Positions 13,886 to 29,733 of a stretch of DNA of 64,000 nucleotides are shown one piece after another (the first letter of the stretch is position 1; each line of letters begins with the position of its first letter). Origin of the DNA: the human T2T-CHM13v2.0 reference genome, Homo sapiens. The stretch lies in the NCBI RefSeq assembly GCF_009914755.1, contig NC_060925.1. One strand, given 5' to 3'. The translations under genes were made by a program, and so were the position numbers. Below the pieces are notes generated by a model, which was given only the letters and a program-made list of their open reading frames with translations, was not told where the DNA came from and ran no database searches.

Positions 13886-14425
13886 CCGTTCTGCAATCTG
13901 GAGTTCTGGGACTGGAAAGTTACCGTTCCAGTGGCTTCACAGAACTTCAAAGTGGCCACATGGATGCAGGAAGACAGCCCTGTGACCCTACACTGATTAA
14001 AGGCACTGCTTACCCATCATGTCCCTTTGATGAGGAGAACATGGGGCAATGTGCTAATCTTTTAAATACATGCGATTTTTTGGTGGATTATCTTTCAATA
14101 CCGGGACTCAATGGAAGAGAATAAAGAATGAGAAGCTCCTGGCTGGTTGAAAGGTTCAGGCTCCTACCTCTGAATCTCCCTGCCTCATTAAAAAATCAAA
14201 TAATTCTAAAAATACCTGGAAGGGACACAGGCAGCTCTCCCCAAGGAGCTCCAGGGCTGGTGGCTGGCCTTGACCTCCAGTTTTTAGCCATTTCCAGGAG
14301 GAATTGGGCCCATCCAGCTCTCAGATGTCACCGAGAACAGGGTAAGTCCAGGTGCCTTGTGAACTACGCCCAAGGGCGCCTGTGTATTTGCTCATTTGGG
14401 GGATAACAGAACACAAACAGGCTGC

Positions 14426-14584
14426 TGACTTTTTATAGTAGCCACATTTGCTAGCGAAAGAAACTCAAGCTTCCATTTTATTTCCATTATGAGCTTTGGT
14501 TTGATTTTTTTAAAGCAGTCACATCTGCTAGCAAAAGAAACTCAAGCTTCCATTTTATTTCCATTATGAGCTTTGATTTGACTT
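14426..14584. repeat. 77-bp tandem duplication (2 copies)
   Basis: The core aaagaaactcaagcttccattttatttccattatgagctttg occurs twice with a 77-nt offset. Confidence 0.92.
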
Positions 14585-14814
14585 CCCAAGTTCTTTGTTG
14601 TTGCTGTTGCCTGCGCGGTGCCTGACCTGTGATCTGAGCCCATTGTCCAAGTCAGGCTGTCAGCACTAAGCCTGTGAGGCATTTGTATCATTCGCCAAAA
14701 TGTCTTCCACCTGCATGTCTCCCACTTCTGCTCACAGGCGAGAGTTCACTTCCGGGCCTGTTTAATTTAGAATTGGCCGCGTGACTTGCTTTGGCAATGA
14801 AATGTGAAGTGTTT

Positions 14815-15108
14815 TATTTTTTTTCTTTTGAGATGGAGACTTGTTCTGTTACCCAGGCTGGAGTACAGTGGTGCGATCTCAGTTCACTGCAACCTCCATC
14901 TCCTAAATTCAAGCAATTCTCTGCCTCAGCCTCCCTAGCAGCTGGGATTACAGGTGCCCGCCACCATGCCTGGCTAAGTTTTGTATTTTTAGTAGAGATG
15001 GGGTTTCACCATCTTGGCCAGGCTGGCCTTGAACTCCTGACCTCGTGATCCACCCGCCTCAGCCTCCCAAAGTGCTGGGATTACAGGTGTGAGCCACCAC
15101 GCCTGGCC
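14815..15108 (-). mobile_element. AluS
   Basis: Antisense dimer. TSD aaatgtgaagtgttt at 14800-14814 and 15110-15124. Appears inserted into an old MLT1-type LTR. Confidence 0.93.
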
Positions 15109-15462
15109 AAAATGTGAAGTGTTTAAGTGCTGGCTCTCAAAGCTCCCGCCCTCCTTTCCCCACTGTGGGGATCTTGGAGGATGTGTTGATCTGGGTGGCA
15201 CCGCATTGCTCAGCCAGTTGAGAGGACAGTGGCCCTGGTGGGGCACAGCTGACCTGGCATGAGTGAGCAATGAACTTCAGTAGGGTCATGTCACTGATGG
15301 TTTTGGGTTCTTTGTGACTGCAGATACCCTGGCCTATCTGGATAGATGCACTGATTTTATGTATTTTCCAGAAGAGGTATATAAGTATGGAACCCCAGAA
15401 AAAGTCAGGAAATCTGACATCTAACTCTGATTTCACGAGGCCAGGGTAGCCACATGACCGCC

Positions 15463-15949
15463 TGTGGTCGGCAGAATAAGAGTTCCCCAGAGAAGTCCCC
15501 GTTCTAATCCTGGAAACCTGTGAATGTGACCTTTCATGGCAAAAGGGCCTTTGTGGATGGGACCAAGCTGAGGATCTCGATGGGGAGGCCATCCCGGCTG
15601 ATCCAGGTGGGCTCAATGTCATCACAGGGTCCCTCCAAGGGAGGCAAAAAGGACAAAACCAGAAAAAGGAGCTGTGACGATGGAGTGCAGGAGGAGGGAC
15701 GCACTTTACAGTTGAGGGAAGGGGCTGCCGGCCACAGAACGGGAGGCCCAAGAAGCTGGAAGAGGCAAAGAAATGGATTCTCCCCAGAGCGTCTGGAAGG
15801 AGCCAGCCCTGACAACACCTGGACTGTGTCCCTGTAAGACTCAGTGCAGACGTCTGAGCTCTAGGACTTTCACCCAATAGGTGACACGTGTTGTTTTAAG
15901 CCACTACCTTTGTGGTAAACTGTTACAGCAGCTGCGGGAACCGAATATG
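15463..15949 (+). mobile_element. MLT1D LTR
   Basis: tgtggtcggcagaataa...ctaatcctggaaacctgtgaatgtgacctttcatggcaaaaggg...gttgttttaagccacta...gttacagcagc. Confidence 0.8.
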
Positions 15950-16002
15950 CCTTCCCTTTCCAGGCTTCTGAGCCCAGGAAGGTGTGTGTAGCCTGATTTA
16001 AC

Positions 16003-16607
16003 GGTGAACCCAAAAGTATCTGAGACAGGTTTTAATTGGTTTAGAAAGTTTATTTTGCCAAGGTTAAGGACGCACCAGTGATACAACCTCAGGAGGCCCT
16101 GATGACATGTTCCCGAGGTGGTCGGGGCACAGCTTGGTTTTATATATTTTAGGGAGGCATGAGACATCAGTCAGTACATGTAAGGTGTACATTGGTTTGG
16201 TCTGGAAAGGCTGGACAGCTCTAAGCTCAGAGAGGGCTTCCAGGTCATCAGTAGATAAGAGACAAATGGTTGCATTCTTCTGAGTTTCTGATGAGCCTTT
16301 CACTGAATACACAATTTACAGGAATCATCACTTATACCTTAGTCTGGCTTAGTGAAACAAGAGGGCAGAGGAAACCACCAGTTACGCATTTGTCTCACGT
16401 GAGCAGAGGGAGGACTTTCGGTTCTGTCTGTACCGGTCCACAAGGAATTTCCTTGCGGGGAGGTACTGACGGAGGTGTGTAGCTTTCTTCATAGCTCTCT
16501 TATTTAGGAATAGAATGGGAGGCATGTTTGCCGAGCTGCAGTTCCCAGGTTGACTTTTCCCTTTGGCTGAGTGATTCTGGAATCCCAAGATTTATTTTCC
16601 TTTCACA
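16003..16607 (-). mobile_element. MER4A solo LTR (ERV1)
   Basis: Ends cccaagatttattttcctttcaca (antisense of the MER4A start TGTGAAAGGAAAATAAATCTTGGG); contains gaaagtttattttgccaaggttaaggacgc. Confidence 0.85.
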
Positions 16608-16964
16608 TAACATACTCCAGTTGTGCAGGCATAACTTAGGGGGAGCCTGGGATCGTCAAACCGATGCGGAAACCCCTCTAAAAGAAAAGCACAGCTGATG
16701 ATACACTTGCATATATTCATGCATTCGATTTGCTGATGGGTGAAGTTGAGCAGTCCACAAAATCATGCTGAGATGACTTCTCTGAAGTCATGGGCCCCTG
16801 AGGGGGCATATACATACATATCTATATATATATTCTTTTTCTGGTGGGGGGAATTACATTGAGTGGCTTATTTGGGAATTCATCCAATAGCACACTATTT
16901 TCAAGGCCCCTAGTGTTAAAGGTTGGTTTAGGATTGTAGATAATTTGAACTCTTCCCTCCCTTA

Positions 16965-17649
<685 letters not shown>

Positions 17650-18310
17650 TCAGGTGTGAGTGCAGGTAATATGGGCACACAGAGTTTAAGATGTCTTCAT
17701 AGACACACACTCTGGGATCATGCAGTGTTTATTATACTGAACTTGCAAGGTGGGTATCTTTTAATTAAAGGCAAGTTCCCTTCCCCTTCTGAAGCCTACC
17801 CTGACAACACGATGCTGCTGGTGGGTAGTGAGGAGGTAGAAAGTGACAGCTGCTGGTCCTAGGCGGCCGAGTGACATCACCAGGAAGGAAGCTCAGCTGA
17901 TGAAATCCTGCCTTTGCTTCAAAATGCATTTCACCACAGTATCCAGCATGCTCTCAGGAGGCCAGGGTCCAATTCAGCCTTCCTCCTTGCAGGGCGAAGC
18001 CCATCTGAGATTTTAAGTGAAAAAGCAAACATGTTTTAAAAATAATGGAAATGGTGGTGCGGACCTGGGCAGTATCCTGTTGGGGGTCGTATTAGAATCG
18101 TCAGCAATTCTAACAGGTGCAAGATGTAATTAGATGCCCGATGTTTGATCGTTCCATTTCATTCCATCAAAACTGCATTATGAACTGAGGGACGATTAGT
18201 GACAACTGACAGAAATGGTGTGGAGGCATGGCCTCAGCCCCTGGCGGGAGTCTGGCCCCACGCATCTGTCACCAGGTAGGGGCCTCTTTCTTGGTGCTGC
18301 TGGCCATTAA

Positions 18311-18703
<393 letters not shown>

Positions 18704-19157
18704 TAGACACTTTCTACATGCATTTTCCTTACTTACCCCAAAGCTCTGGCAGGAAGGGGCTTGCTCAGGCTCCTCCACGAATGCCCTCTAGCTGGCTACC
18801 TCCTTCCTCCTCTTCCTGACTGGCACCTCTTCCCTGGACCATCATGGTAACCTTGCATCCTCTCCTACCAACTCCCAATTTGTTCTGCTCCCTGCAGCTT
18901 CAGCAAGCCTCTATAGAACTTGATCCCTGTTAAAATGCATCACTGACTGTCCATCAAACTTACATAAAAAAACCAACAACGGGGCATGAGAGGTTATCAG
19001 GTTCTGACTACTTCCTAATATCCTTTTAATTATAAAATATTTATTTACTTATAAATTTATAATTGTGGGTAAGATACACATAAGATACAATTTACCATTG
19101 TGACCATTTTTAAGTGGCATTGAGTACATTTGCATTGTTTTGTGGCCAATCTTTTGA

Positions 19158-19486
<329 letters not shown>

Positions 19487-20006
19487 TTCTGAGCTCTTTT
19501 CATTTTGCAAAGCTGAAACTCTGTACCCTATTAAAAAATGTTTTAAACATGCAAATGTGTAGAGAATGGATTTTAACAACCTGCACCAGGTTTTAGCACT
19601 CTGTACTCGTGCTGACCAACTGACTGCCATGCCTTCTTAATTCTGCATCCATTAAACACCCTATGTTTTTGGGTGTTTTAAAGTTTAATAAAATGGTATC
19701 ATGTATCACCCTAAAATTTAGTTTCTAAACTCAACATTAGGTTTTTAAAGATTTTCCCATATTGATACGTATGTTTTTATTTACTTCAGTGACTACATAG
19801 CACACACACCATTTTATAAAAATGTCACAATTTCACACTTTATTTACAATATTTGCTAATCTGTGGGTGGAGAAAATTTAATTTTTGTTTTAACATGTGT
19901 TTTCCTGATGACCTGCAAGGTTGAGCATCTACATCTACTGAGACATTTAAATGTTTTCTTTTTCAATTGTAAATATTAATTGTATTAAAAAATTTTTGGA
20001 TGCTGA

Positions 20007-20344
<338 letters not shown>

Positions 20345-21033
20345 ATAAAACTTTGTAAAAAACGCATTGCTGTTCTTCAAACATATTTTAAAAGATTTTT
20401 ATATTTATATTTGAAATTGGTCTGTAGTTGGTTTTCAGTTTTGTTATCAAGTTTGTACTACTCTTATACAATAAGTTGGGCAGTTTTCCTTCCTCTTACA
20501 TATATTTCTGTAATAGTTTCATTATGTTTTTTGAGAGCTTGGCATTACCCATCCTTCAGTTTGTTAAAAATTGCCTATAAACTATTTCTCATTGGTGCTT
20601 TCTGAGGGAGGAAGGGATGCTTCTGACAATCGATTAGTTCTTTAATTGATATTGGCTTGTCTAGATTTTCTATCACTTTATTAATTTTTTAAACTAAAAA
20701 TTATTCCTTCCAAATTTATTGGAAAACCAATGAAACTTTTAGAAGAAAATAAGAGAAAATATCTTCATGACCTCAGGGTAGGAGAATTTCTTAAACATGA
20801 TATAAAAATTAATGGTAGCAATAAGGGTGCATATTGATAAATTTGGCTGCATTAAAATTAAGAATGCTTCTTCATTAGATGATATCATGAAGTAAAAACA
20901 CCAAGACACAAGATAAATCTGTGTCTAGAGAAGAGACTTGAAAAATAAACTAAGAAAGAAATAGTACACAAAGAGCTCCTGAAAAGTCATCAGAAACAAA
21001 GGCTTGAACTGGCATTTTCTAGAAGGGGAAGTG

Positions 21034-21528
21034 CACCCTTCGTCACCAACACACCACCTCTTTCAGCACCCACACGCCACCTCCTTTAATACCAACACTG
21101 CACCTCCTTCTGCACCGACACGCCACCTCCTTCTGCACCGACGCGCCATCTCCTTCTGCACCCAGGCGCCACCTCCTTCTGCACCGACGCACTGAGACAG
21201 CCAAGGTTCCCTGGAGAACCTCCCACGGGCCTGCACACTGGGAGAAAGGGGGTGGAGCCACGGAAATTCGTGCCACGTGCAGAGGGGAGGAGCCCAGTCC
21301 CTTGAGTTCCTGTGTGGCAGGGTGGGAGCAGGTTAGCAGGCTTCCTTCTTACTCTGCTGAAAGCTTTCTGTTTTTCCTTTTTCGCCCAATAAATTCCATT
21401 TTTCTCACCCTTCTATGTGTCTGCGGGCCTAATGTTTCCTGGCTGTGTGACTAGAACCCAGTTTTTAGTTGAACTAAGGAGAAAGTCCTACAACAACACC
21501 GCCTCCTTCTGCAGCGACACACCACTTC
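21034..21528. repeat. 23-bp CpG-rich minisatellite (CACCTCCTTCTGCACCGACACGC)n, split by an LTR
   Basis: Units start at 21055, 21078, 21101, 21124, 21147 and 21170; the array resumes at 21496-21528 after the LTR. Confidence 0.88.
21193..21495 (+). mobile_element. MER61-family solo LTR (ERV1)
   Basis: TGAGACAGCC...ggggtggagccacggaa...cccAATAAAttccatttttctcacccttc...gaactaaggagaaagtcctacaaCA; flanks gcac/acac. Confidence 0.78.
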
Positions 21529-21974
21529 ATTGGTGATGAGGACAATGCAGTTTCTAGCAGCGGCGGGATGTGCTTTTTCTCAGGCTGAGTTTTGGATTGG
21601 TGAGGATGCAGATCAAAGGGCCCTGGAGTCTGTCGCTCATCTCAGAGGCAGTTGTCACATCTGGCATCTTCTGGTGTGTGAGGAGAGAGGCTGTCAACAT
21701 CCTGGGACCCCGAATCCCCTGAGGAACAATTTGAAGAGCAGCTGGATCATCGGTGAGCCGGGAGACCAGTGAGGGTCCTCACGGCAGCGTTGTCCACACA
21801 GGAGGACGCCCGAGGACACAATGGGAGCAAGCAGAAGTGTCTGGTGGCACATGCGTGCAGAGGGTTGCTGCTGCAGTCACGATTTTCATGGAACAAAAAT
21901 GCCACCTGCACAGTGAGGGTGTCCGCATCCCCGACCCTCTCATTTCTCTGGGTGTTCACCGCTGCAATCATGCA

Positions 21975-22760
21975 AAAAGAAGATATAGAAATGGCCAACG
22001 AACATGTGAAAAGATGCTTAACATCACTAATGATCAGGAAAATGCAAATCAAAACCACAATGTGATTCTACCTTGCTCCTGCAAGAATGGCCATAAAAAA
22101 AAAATAACTGATGTTGGCTTGGATGCTGTGAAAAGGGAACACTTTTACACAGTCGGTGGGAATGTAAACTAGTACAACCACTATGGAAAACAGTGTAGAG
22201 ATTCCTTAAAGAACTAAAAGTAGAACTACCATTTGATCCAGCAATCCCACTACTGGGTATTTACCCATAGGAAAAGAAGTCATGTGAAAGAGATACTTGC
22301 ACACGCATATTTATAGCAGCACAATTTGCAATTGCACAAATATGGAACCAACCGAAATGCCCATCAATCAACGAGTAGATAAATAAATTGTGGTATTATA
22401 TATGTGATGGAATACTACTCAGCCATAAAAAGGAATGAAAGAATGGCATTTGCAGCAGCCTTGATGGAATTGGAGACTAGTATTCTATGTGAAGTGTCTC
22501 AGGAATGGAAAAGCAAACATCGTATGCTCTCATTCGTAAGTGAGAGCTAAGCTATGAGGATGCAAAGGCATAAGAATGATACAATGGACTCTGGGGACTT
22601 GGGGAAAGGGTGGGAGGGGTTGAGTGATAAAAGACTACAAATTGGGTTCAGTGTATACTGCTCGGATGATGGGTGCACCAAAATCTTACAAATCACCACT
22701 AAAGAACTTACTCATATAACCAAATACCACCTGTTCCCCAAAAACCTATGGAAATATACA
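21975..22760 (+). mobile_element. L1PB (L1PB1-like) 3' end
   Basis: ORF2 C-terminal remnant ([10 protein letters not shown]) followed by the 3'UTR gctatgaggatgcaaaggcataagaatgatacaatggact...caccactaaagaactta. Confidence 0.85.
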
Positions 22761-22913
22761 TATTTTTAAAATAGAATATTTACTGGACAAGAACTGTAGA
22801 AGAAGAAGCCAAATAATTTCTGTTTTCCAGTGATGTGATGACGTCCCCGCAAAACCTTAGAGAATTATTGTTAAAAGTCACAGCGCAATGAAGGGACCCT
22901 GGAGGTGAATTCA

Positions 22914-23672
<759 letters not shown>

Positions 23673-23895
23673 GTAGGGTAACAGGGTACAGAAATAATAT
23701 GAAAAAATCAAAGATGGGGAAAGCCCCCAAAACTGCATGCCAAAAGAAACAAAGGAATCCAACTGCATTTCGGCTAAATGATGTCACCACAGGACTAGAA
23801 TTATACAACCTCAGTTCAGGGAAGGAACAGCAAACTACCTTGACCTTGTCTCAGGAGGTTTGATTTCTGGGGTGGTAAGAGTATAGCAATTTTGA

Positions 23896-24215
<320 letters not shown>

Positions 24216-24399
24216 TTGAAACCATTTTATGTGTATTGTGGGACTGACTGGATGAGTCAATACGCTGATGTGGTGGGAGAGAGGATTTCCCTGTGACTGA
24301 GGGAAAATAGGGGCATAGAGTCGGGGAAGGCGTGGGAACACTGTAGGGCTGGATGGAAATTGTTTTTGAGGATGAACCTGTCGGAATTGTATCAGAATA

Positions 24400-25378
24400 C
24401 CATGGAGGCATGCTGGAAAAACACGGTGGAGGTTCTCACTGGCCAGATCCAGGGCAATGAGAGCATCACAATAAATAAGAACACCAGTGGATTATAAGTC
24501 CACACTGATAATAAATAGACAAATACATAGTAATAAATATATAAGTCAGTGAAGGAGAAGAGATGTCTCTTCCTTATTGTAAAATGCTGGCTGATAAATA
24601 CAGAGGAAGTTACGGGAAAATCATTATTTTGTACTGACTGGTTTGGGCAGAAATCACCCATGAATGCTGAACTGAAACGGTGGGGTTGGTGAGGACCTTT
24701 GTGTGGTCTCAAAGTGTTTTTCCTCGGAGGAGAAGCCAGACAACACCTTGGCAGCTGATCCAAGCTGGTACCACCAGTGAGAGAGGCCAGCGGGCACTGC
24801 AGACTTCTGAAGGTGCCTCGTGGAGGTAGTGTCCTGGCCGGGCATGCATAACTTGAATCTGAGCACCAAGAAACACCAGGCAAACCCAGGGTGAGGACCA
24901 TGCGAGAGAGTCACTGCTTGTCTTATTCAAAAACATTGGTGTCATGAAAAACAAGATTAAGGAGCTGTTCTGGTGATGGAGACTAATGAGACAGAAGAAT
25001 TCAATGTCCTGTGTGACCTGAACTGGACCATGCACTGACAGGGGAGATGCTATAAAGGACACCACCAGGGAAGCCAGCAGCATTGGAATAGGGGCTGAAG
25101 ATACGATCAAGGTATGTGCTGATTTCAAACTCTCTGCATTTAATAACTCTACTGTGGTTATGTAAGAGAATATCCTCTTTTTTAGGAAAAGCACACAAAG
25201 GGGCATGATGTGTGCAACTTGTTCTCAATTAACTTATATATACACATGGGGGATGAGGTAGAGTATAGCAAAATGTTAGAAACTAGTGAATCTGGGTAAA
25301 GAGCAGTTGGGAGTTATCTGTGTAGTTCCTGCGGCTATTCTCTAAGTTTGCAACTATTTCAAAATAAAAAATTTAAAA
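24400..25378 (+). mobile_element. Old L1MC/ME 3' end
   Basis: gcataacttgaatctg...tgtggttatgtaagagaatatcc...gcaaaatgttagaaactagtgaatctgggtaaag...tttcaaaataaaaa. Confidence 0.65.
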
Positions 25379-25393
25379 ATTCACCATGTTCAG

Positions 25394-25702
<309 letters not shown>

Positions 25703-26089
25703 TCACCATGTTCAGTGAACAAAGCAAGTTACAGAAGAACAGAATGAGTCCGTTGACGTACGATGAAAAAACCTGCACAGTGACACTGCACCTTGTTTAG
25801 AGAGTCATTCAGATGTGCTAAAGTATCAAGGAAAGCAGGTAGTGAGGCTCTCAGAATTAAGGATGATGTGGGCTTGGCAGGGGTGCGGAGGTGATACAAC
25901 ACGGAGGGCTCACTCAATTATTGGTGATGTTTCTTCAGTCGAGTGGTGGCTGGACAGCATTTGCTTCTTGACTGTTCTTTAGGCTATATAGATAAATTAA
26001 ACATATAAATCTGTACTCCTTCGTATGCATGGCTTATTTCATAATATGTTTTTAAAGCCAAGAATGAATGTAAACATATTACCCCTCTA

Positions 26090-26200
26090 GCTCCATTTTG
26101 TTGTAACAGATGAGGAAGCCAAAGCTCAGCGAAACTTAGAGATTTGGCAGGGTTGGGATTTGAACCCAAGTCTACTTGGTTCAAAGCCCTCACTGCCCTG
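26090..26200 (-). mobile_element. MIR fragment
   Basis: acagatgaggaagccaaagctcag...gggatttgaacccaagtct. Confidence 0.6.
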
Positions 26201-27872
26201 TGAACAGCACTTCCTGTTTCCTCTACCTTACAAAGGAGCCCAAGTGAAGACAGTACAAAGGAAAGGCATAAACCTCAGTGGGCACTAAGCTGTTTGAAAT
26301 GGCTCAACTTCTATTTCTACTCTCTCTCCCTTTGCAGGACCCTGGGGAGCCCATGGCCCTAGGCCGATCTGGGGGCTCTCTCACTTTGATAGATGCAGGA
26401 GCAGAAGGGATTCATGCCCAGTCCTGTGTTTTCTGGCACCTTTCCCAAGTTGACCAAAGGGATTTTAGGGTAGATATTCTCCCCACCCCAAATTAATTTA
26501 AGTTAAAAAGTAACACCTGACAAAGAGGGTGAGACGTTGGAAGATCAGGCAAACACTACTGGTGCTCACCTTCCATACCCCAACTGTTGCCAGCTCCTTC
26601 GCCTGATGCTGCCGGAAATAGCCTGAAAGAAGCTTTGAGTTCACCTGGAAAGCGGAAATAATTGTGGCTCCCCTGCTGGGACTACGATCAAATGGCCAGA
26701 TGGGCCCACATCTGTCATGATTTGCTCTGTGTCCCCTTGTCCTTGTACCAATGTGGGTCAGTTGAATAACACCAATTTCATTTTGCTTTTCCAGATCCGT
26801 AGGGAGTTTCTTGTGGAGATGTCTTTTTATCTACCGGGCCGCAGCCTTGCTTCTGTTAATTATCAATTTTTGGTCCTATAAATAATTGGTTTCTAATTGG
26901 TATTTGTTTTCAATGTTTGGCGTGGGCAACTGTCAGACAATTTGATTCAAATTCCCTGCAAGTCAGTTCAACTTGTCTGATGTGTTTTCTTCTGTTCCCT
27001 TATTCCCTAGTGAAAACACATATGCATTTGAAAATAAACACAGGTGTTGGAGGAGATGTATTGAAATGTTCTCTTGTGCTTGACAGCTGTGCTTTCTGTA
27101 GAAATCATGCAATTGTTTCCCCTGTAATTGTGCAAGCTTCCTCGAAGCTTCCGAAGTATTAACACTTGAGTATATTATTATAGAAACTTAGCATGGAAAT
27201 AATGTATTATCAGCTGTCTTACAATATTACTAAAAGCTTATGGAATTGTAATATTATTCTCGAAAGTCTCTTGGAATAAAAACAGATGATCTTTCTCATC
27301 AAAATGTAATCCTTGTTGGGATAAGCAACTTTGTGAGAAATAATACCCTTCTGTAAGATACTTGGGCTTCTTCAAATCAGCCACCTCAGTCTGTTGCTGA
27401 TAAAATTAAATCCTTGCAGTTAAATTGTGGAATCAAATCATGGTATCATGGTACTGGACTGCATTTCCTGGGGTTTTTCAAAGACAGAGTTGATTTCATG
27501 TATTTTAGAACTTCTATTTGTTTGAAAATAGCAGCAGGAAGGGAGGACGGTATTTCTCCACTTAGCTGCATTCACTGTCAGGAAGAAAGAAACAAATAAA
27601 TCAGAAACGAGAGAGGTCAGAGAGACACAGGGCAGAGTTCGGACCAACTCGCCCCATCACAATGTCCCTTTGGGCCTGTCTCCCAGAGACTAAATGTATT
27701 TCTCTGGCTGTATTTTCAAAATGTGGGAAACTTGGAGAAGTGCCTTTGGCTCTTTGGAGGAAAGATAAAATAGAAATGTAATTTAAAAAATAGTGCATAG
27801 GTTCTGAGACACCTCCTGTGCAGAGCCAGGGCCAGGAGCTGCTGCAGGTTCTATGGCTTCCAGATAAGTGGG

Positions 27873-29733
27873 TGCTATGATCAGAATGTTTCTGTCTCCC
27901 TAAAATTCATAGGTTGACATTCCCACCCTCAAGGTGTTGATGTTAGGAGATGGGGCTTTGGGGAAGTTACTAGGTCATGGGGGTGGAGCCCTCATTAATG
28001 GGATTAGTGCCCTTATAAAAGAAGCCTAAGAGAGACCCTTCACCTCTTCACCATCTGAGGATACAGTGAGAAGGTGCAACATATAAACCTATGAATCTGC
28101 CAGCACCTTGATCTTGGATTTGCAAGCCTCAAGAACAGAGAGATAAATTCCTGCTGTTTATAAGCCACCTAGTTTATGGTATTTTGTTATAATAACATGA
28201 ACTAAGACAGAAAATTGGTACCAGAAGTGGGATTCAAATCCACAGAGATCTAATCTATTGTGCTCAGTCCTGCGGGGGGAAGAATGATATCAAAGTGGGG
28301 GGTCCCACTGCCTCACACTGTCTCACATCATGGGCTCCACTCCCCACAGTTTGTTGCTACACTCCTTGGACACTGCAGCTACAACTCTGGTGGGCTTAGC
28401 AATGTGTACCACACCCAGCAAAGCTGTGGGGCATGGCTGCTTCTATCTAGATGATATGGTTTGGCTGTGTCCCCACCCAAATCTCATCTTGAATTGTACC
28501 TCCCATAATTCCCATGTGTTGTGGGAGGGACCTGGTGGGAGATAATTGAATCAGGGAGGTGGTTTCCCCCATACTGTTCTCATGGTAGTGAATAAATCTC
28601 ATGAGATCTGATGGTTTTATAAGGGATTTCCCCTTCAGCTTGTCTCTCATTCTCTCTTGCCTGCCAATATGTAAGAAGTGCCTTTTGCCTCCACCATGAT
28701 TATAAGGCCTCCTCAGCCATGTGGAAGTGTGAGTCCATTAAACCTTTTTCTTTGTAAATAATCTCGGGTATGTCTTTATCAGCAGCATGAGAACAGACTA
28801 ATACACTAGATTTGAAAGGATGTCTTGAAGAGTCTTAGGGCTGAAGTAGAGAGGGTGGGGGCACCACTAGAATGATGCCCAGTGGAGCCATGGGTGCAGG
28901 GCCACTCAGAGCCATGGAACTCAATCCCCTGCATGGCAAAGCTTTGGTGGTGGAGCCTCCACTCCAGTGTGTCCAGAAGATAGACCCACAGCTGCAGTTG
29001 GCCTGGAGGGCAGAGCCTGGAGCTAAAGAAGATCTCCCTTGAGCCTTAAGTCTTTGGACTTGCTCAAGAGCTGTCTCTCTCTTCTCTCCTGTTCCTCCCT
29101 TTTGGAATGGAAATGTCCATTCCGTGGCTGTCCTACCACTGTATCTTGGAACCACGTGGTGCATTTGATTCCACCAGTTCATAGCTGGAGAGGAATTTGC
29201 CTCAGGATGAATGGTGCCTGGAGTCTCATCCATATCTGATTTAGATTATATTTAGAGAAGACTTTGGACATTAGACTTTTGAGTTAATACTGGAATGAAT
29301 TAAGTCTTTTGACACTACTGGGATGGAATAACTGTATTTTTCATGGAGAAAGACATGAATTTGGAGGTGGGTGCAGGGTGCAATGCTTTGGTCTGAATGT
29401 TTATATCCCTCCATATCCATATGTTGAAATCCTAGCCCCCAGTGCAACGATGTTAGGAGGTGGGGGCTTTGGGAGGTGATCAGTTCGTGAAGGTGGAGCT
29501 CTCATAAATGGGACTAGTGCCTTTATAAAGAGACTCCCTACTGCTTCCACCATGTGAGTATTCAGCAAGAAGATGCCATCTGTGAATCAGAAAGCAGGGC
29601 CTCACTAGAAACAGAATCCGCCAGCACCTTGATCCTGGTGCTGGGATCAAGAACTGTGAGAAGTAAATTTCTCTTATGTATAAGACACCCAGTTTATGGT
29701 ATTTTGTTATAGCAGTCTGAATGGACTAGAACA
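27873..29733 (+). mobile_element. Two-LTR MLT1A MaLR provirus (LTR 27873-28209, internal region, LTR 29384-29733)
   Basis: Two related LTRs; the internal region begins gaaaattggtaccagaagtggg. Perfect 5-bp TSD gtggg at 27868-27872 and 29734-29738. Confidence 0.85.
28452..28805 (+). mobile_element. THE1C/D solo LTR
   Basis: tgatatggtttggctgtgtccccacccaaatctc...gactaataca, with perfect TSD ctaga at 28447-28451 and 28806-28810. Confidence 0.92.

Noticed and set aside
15137-15877. 246-aa ORF on the minus strand
   Set aside because: Largely antisense MLT1D LTR sequence; no domain similarity recognised.
21034-21192. CRISPR-like array
   Set aside because: Head-to-tail 23-bp units with no unique spacers, in eukaryotic DNA, with no cas genes.
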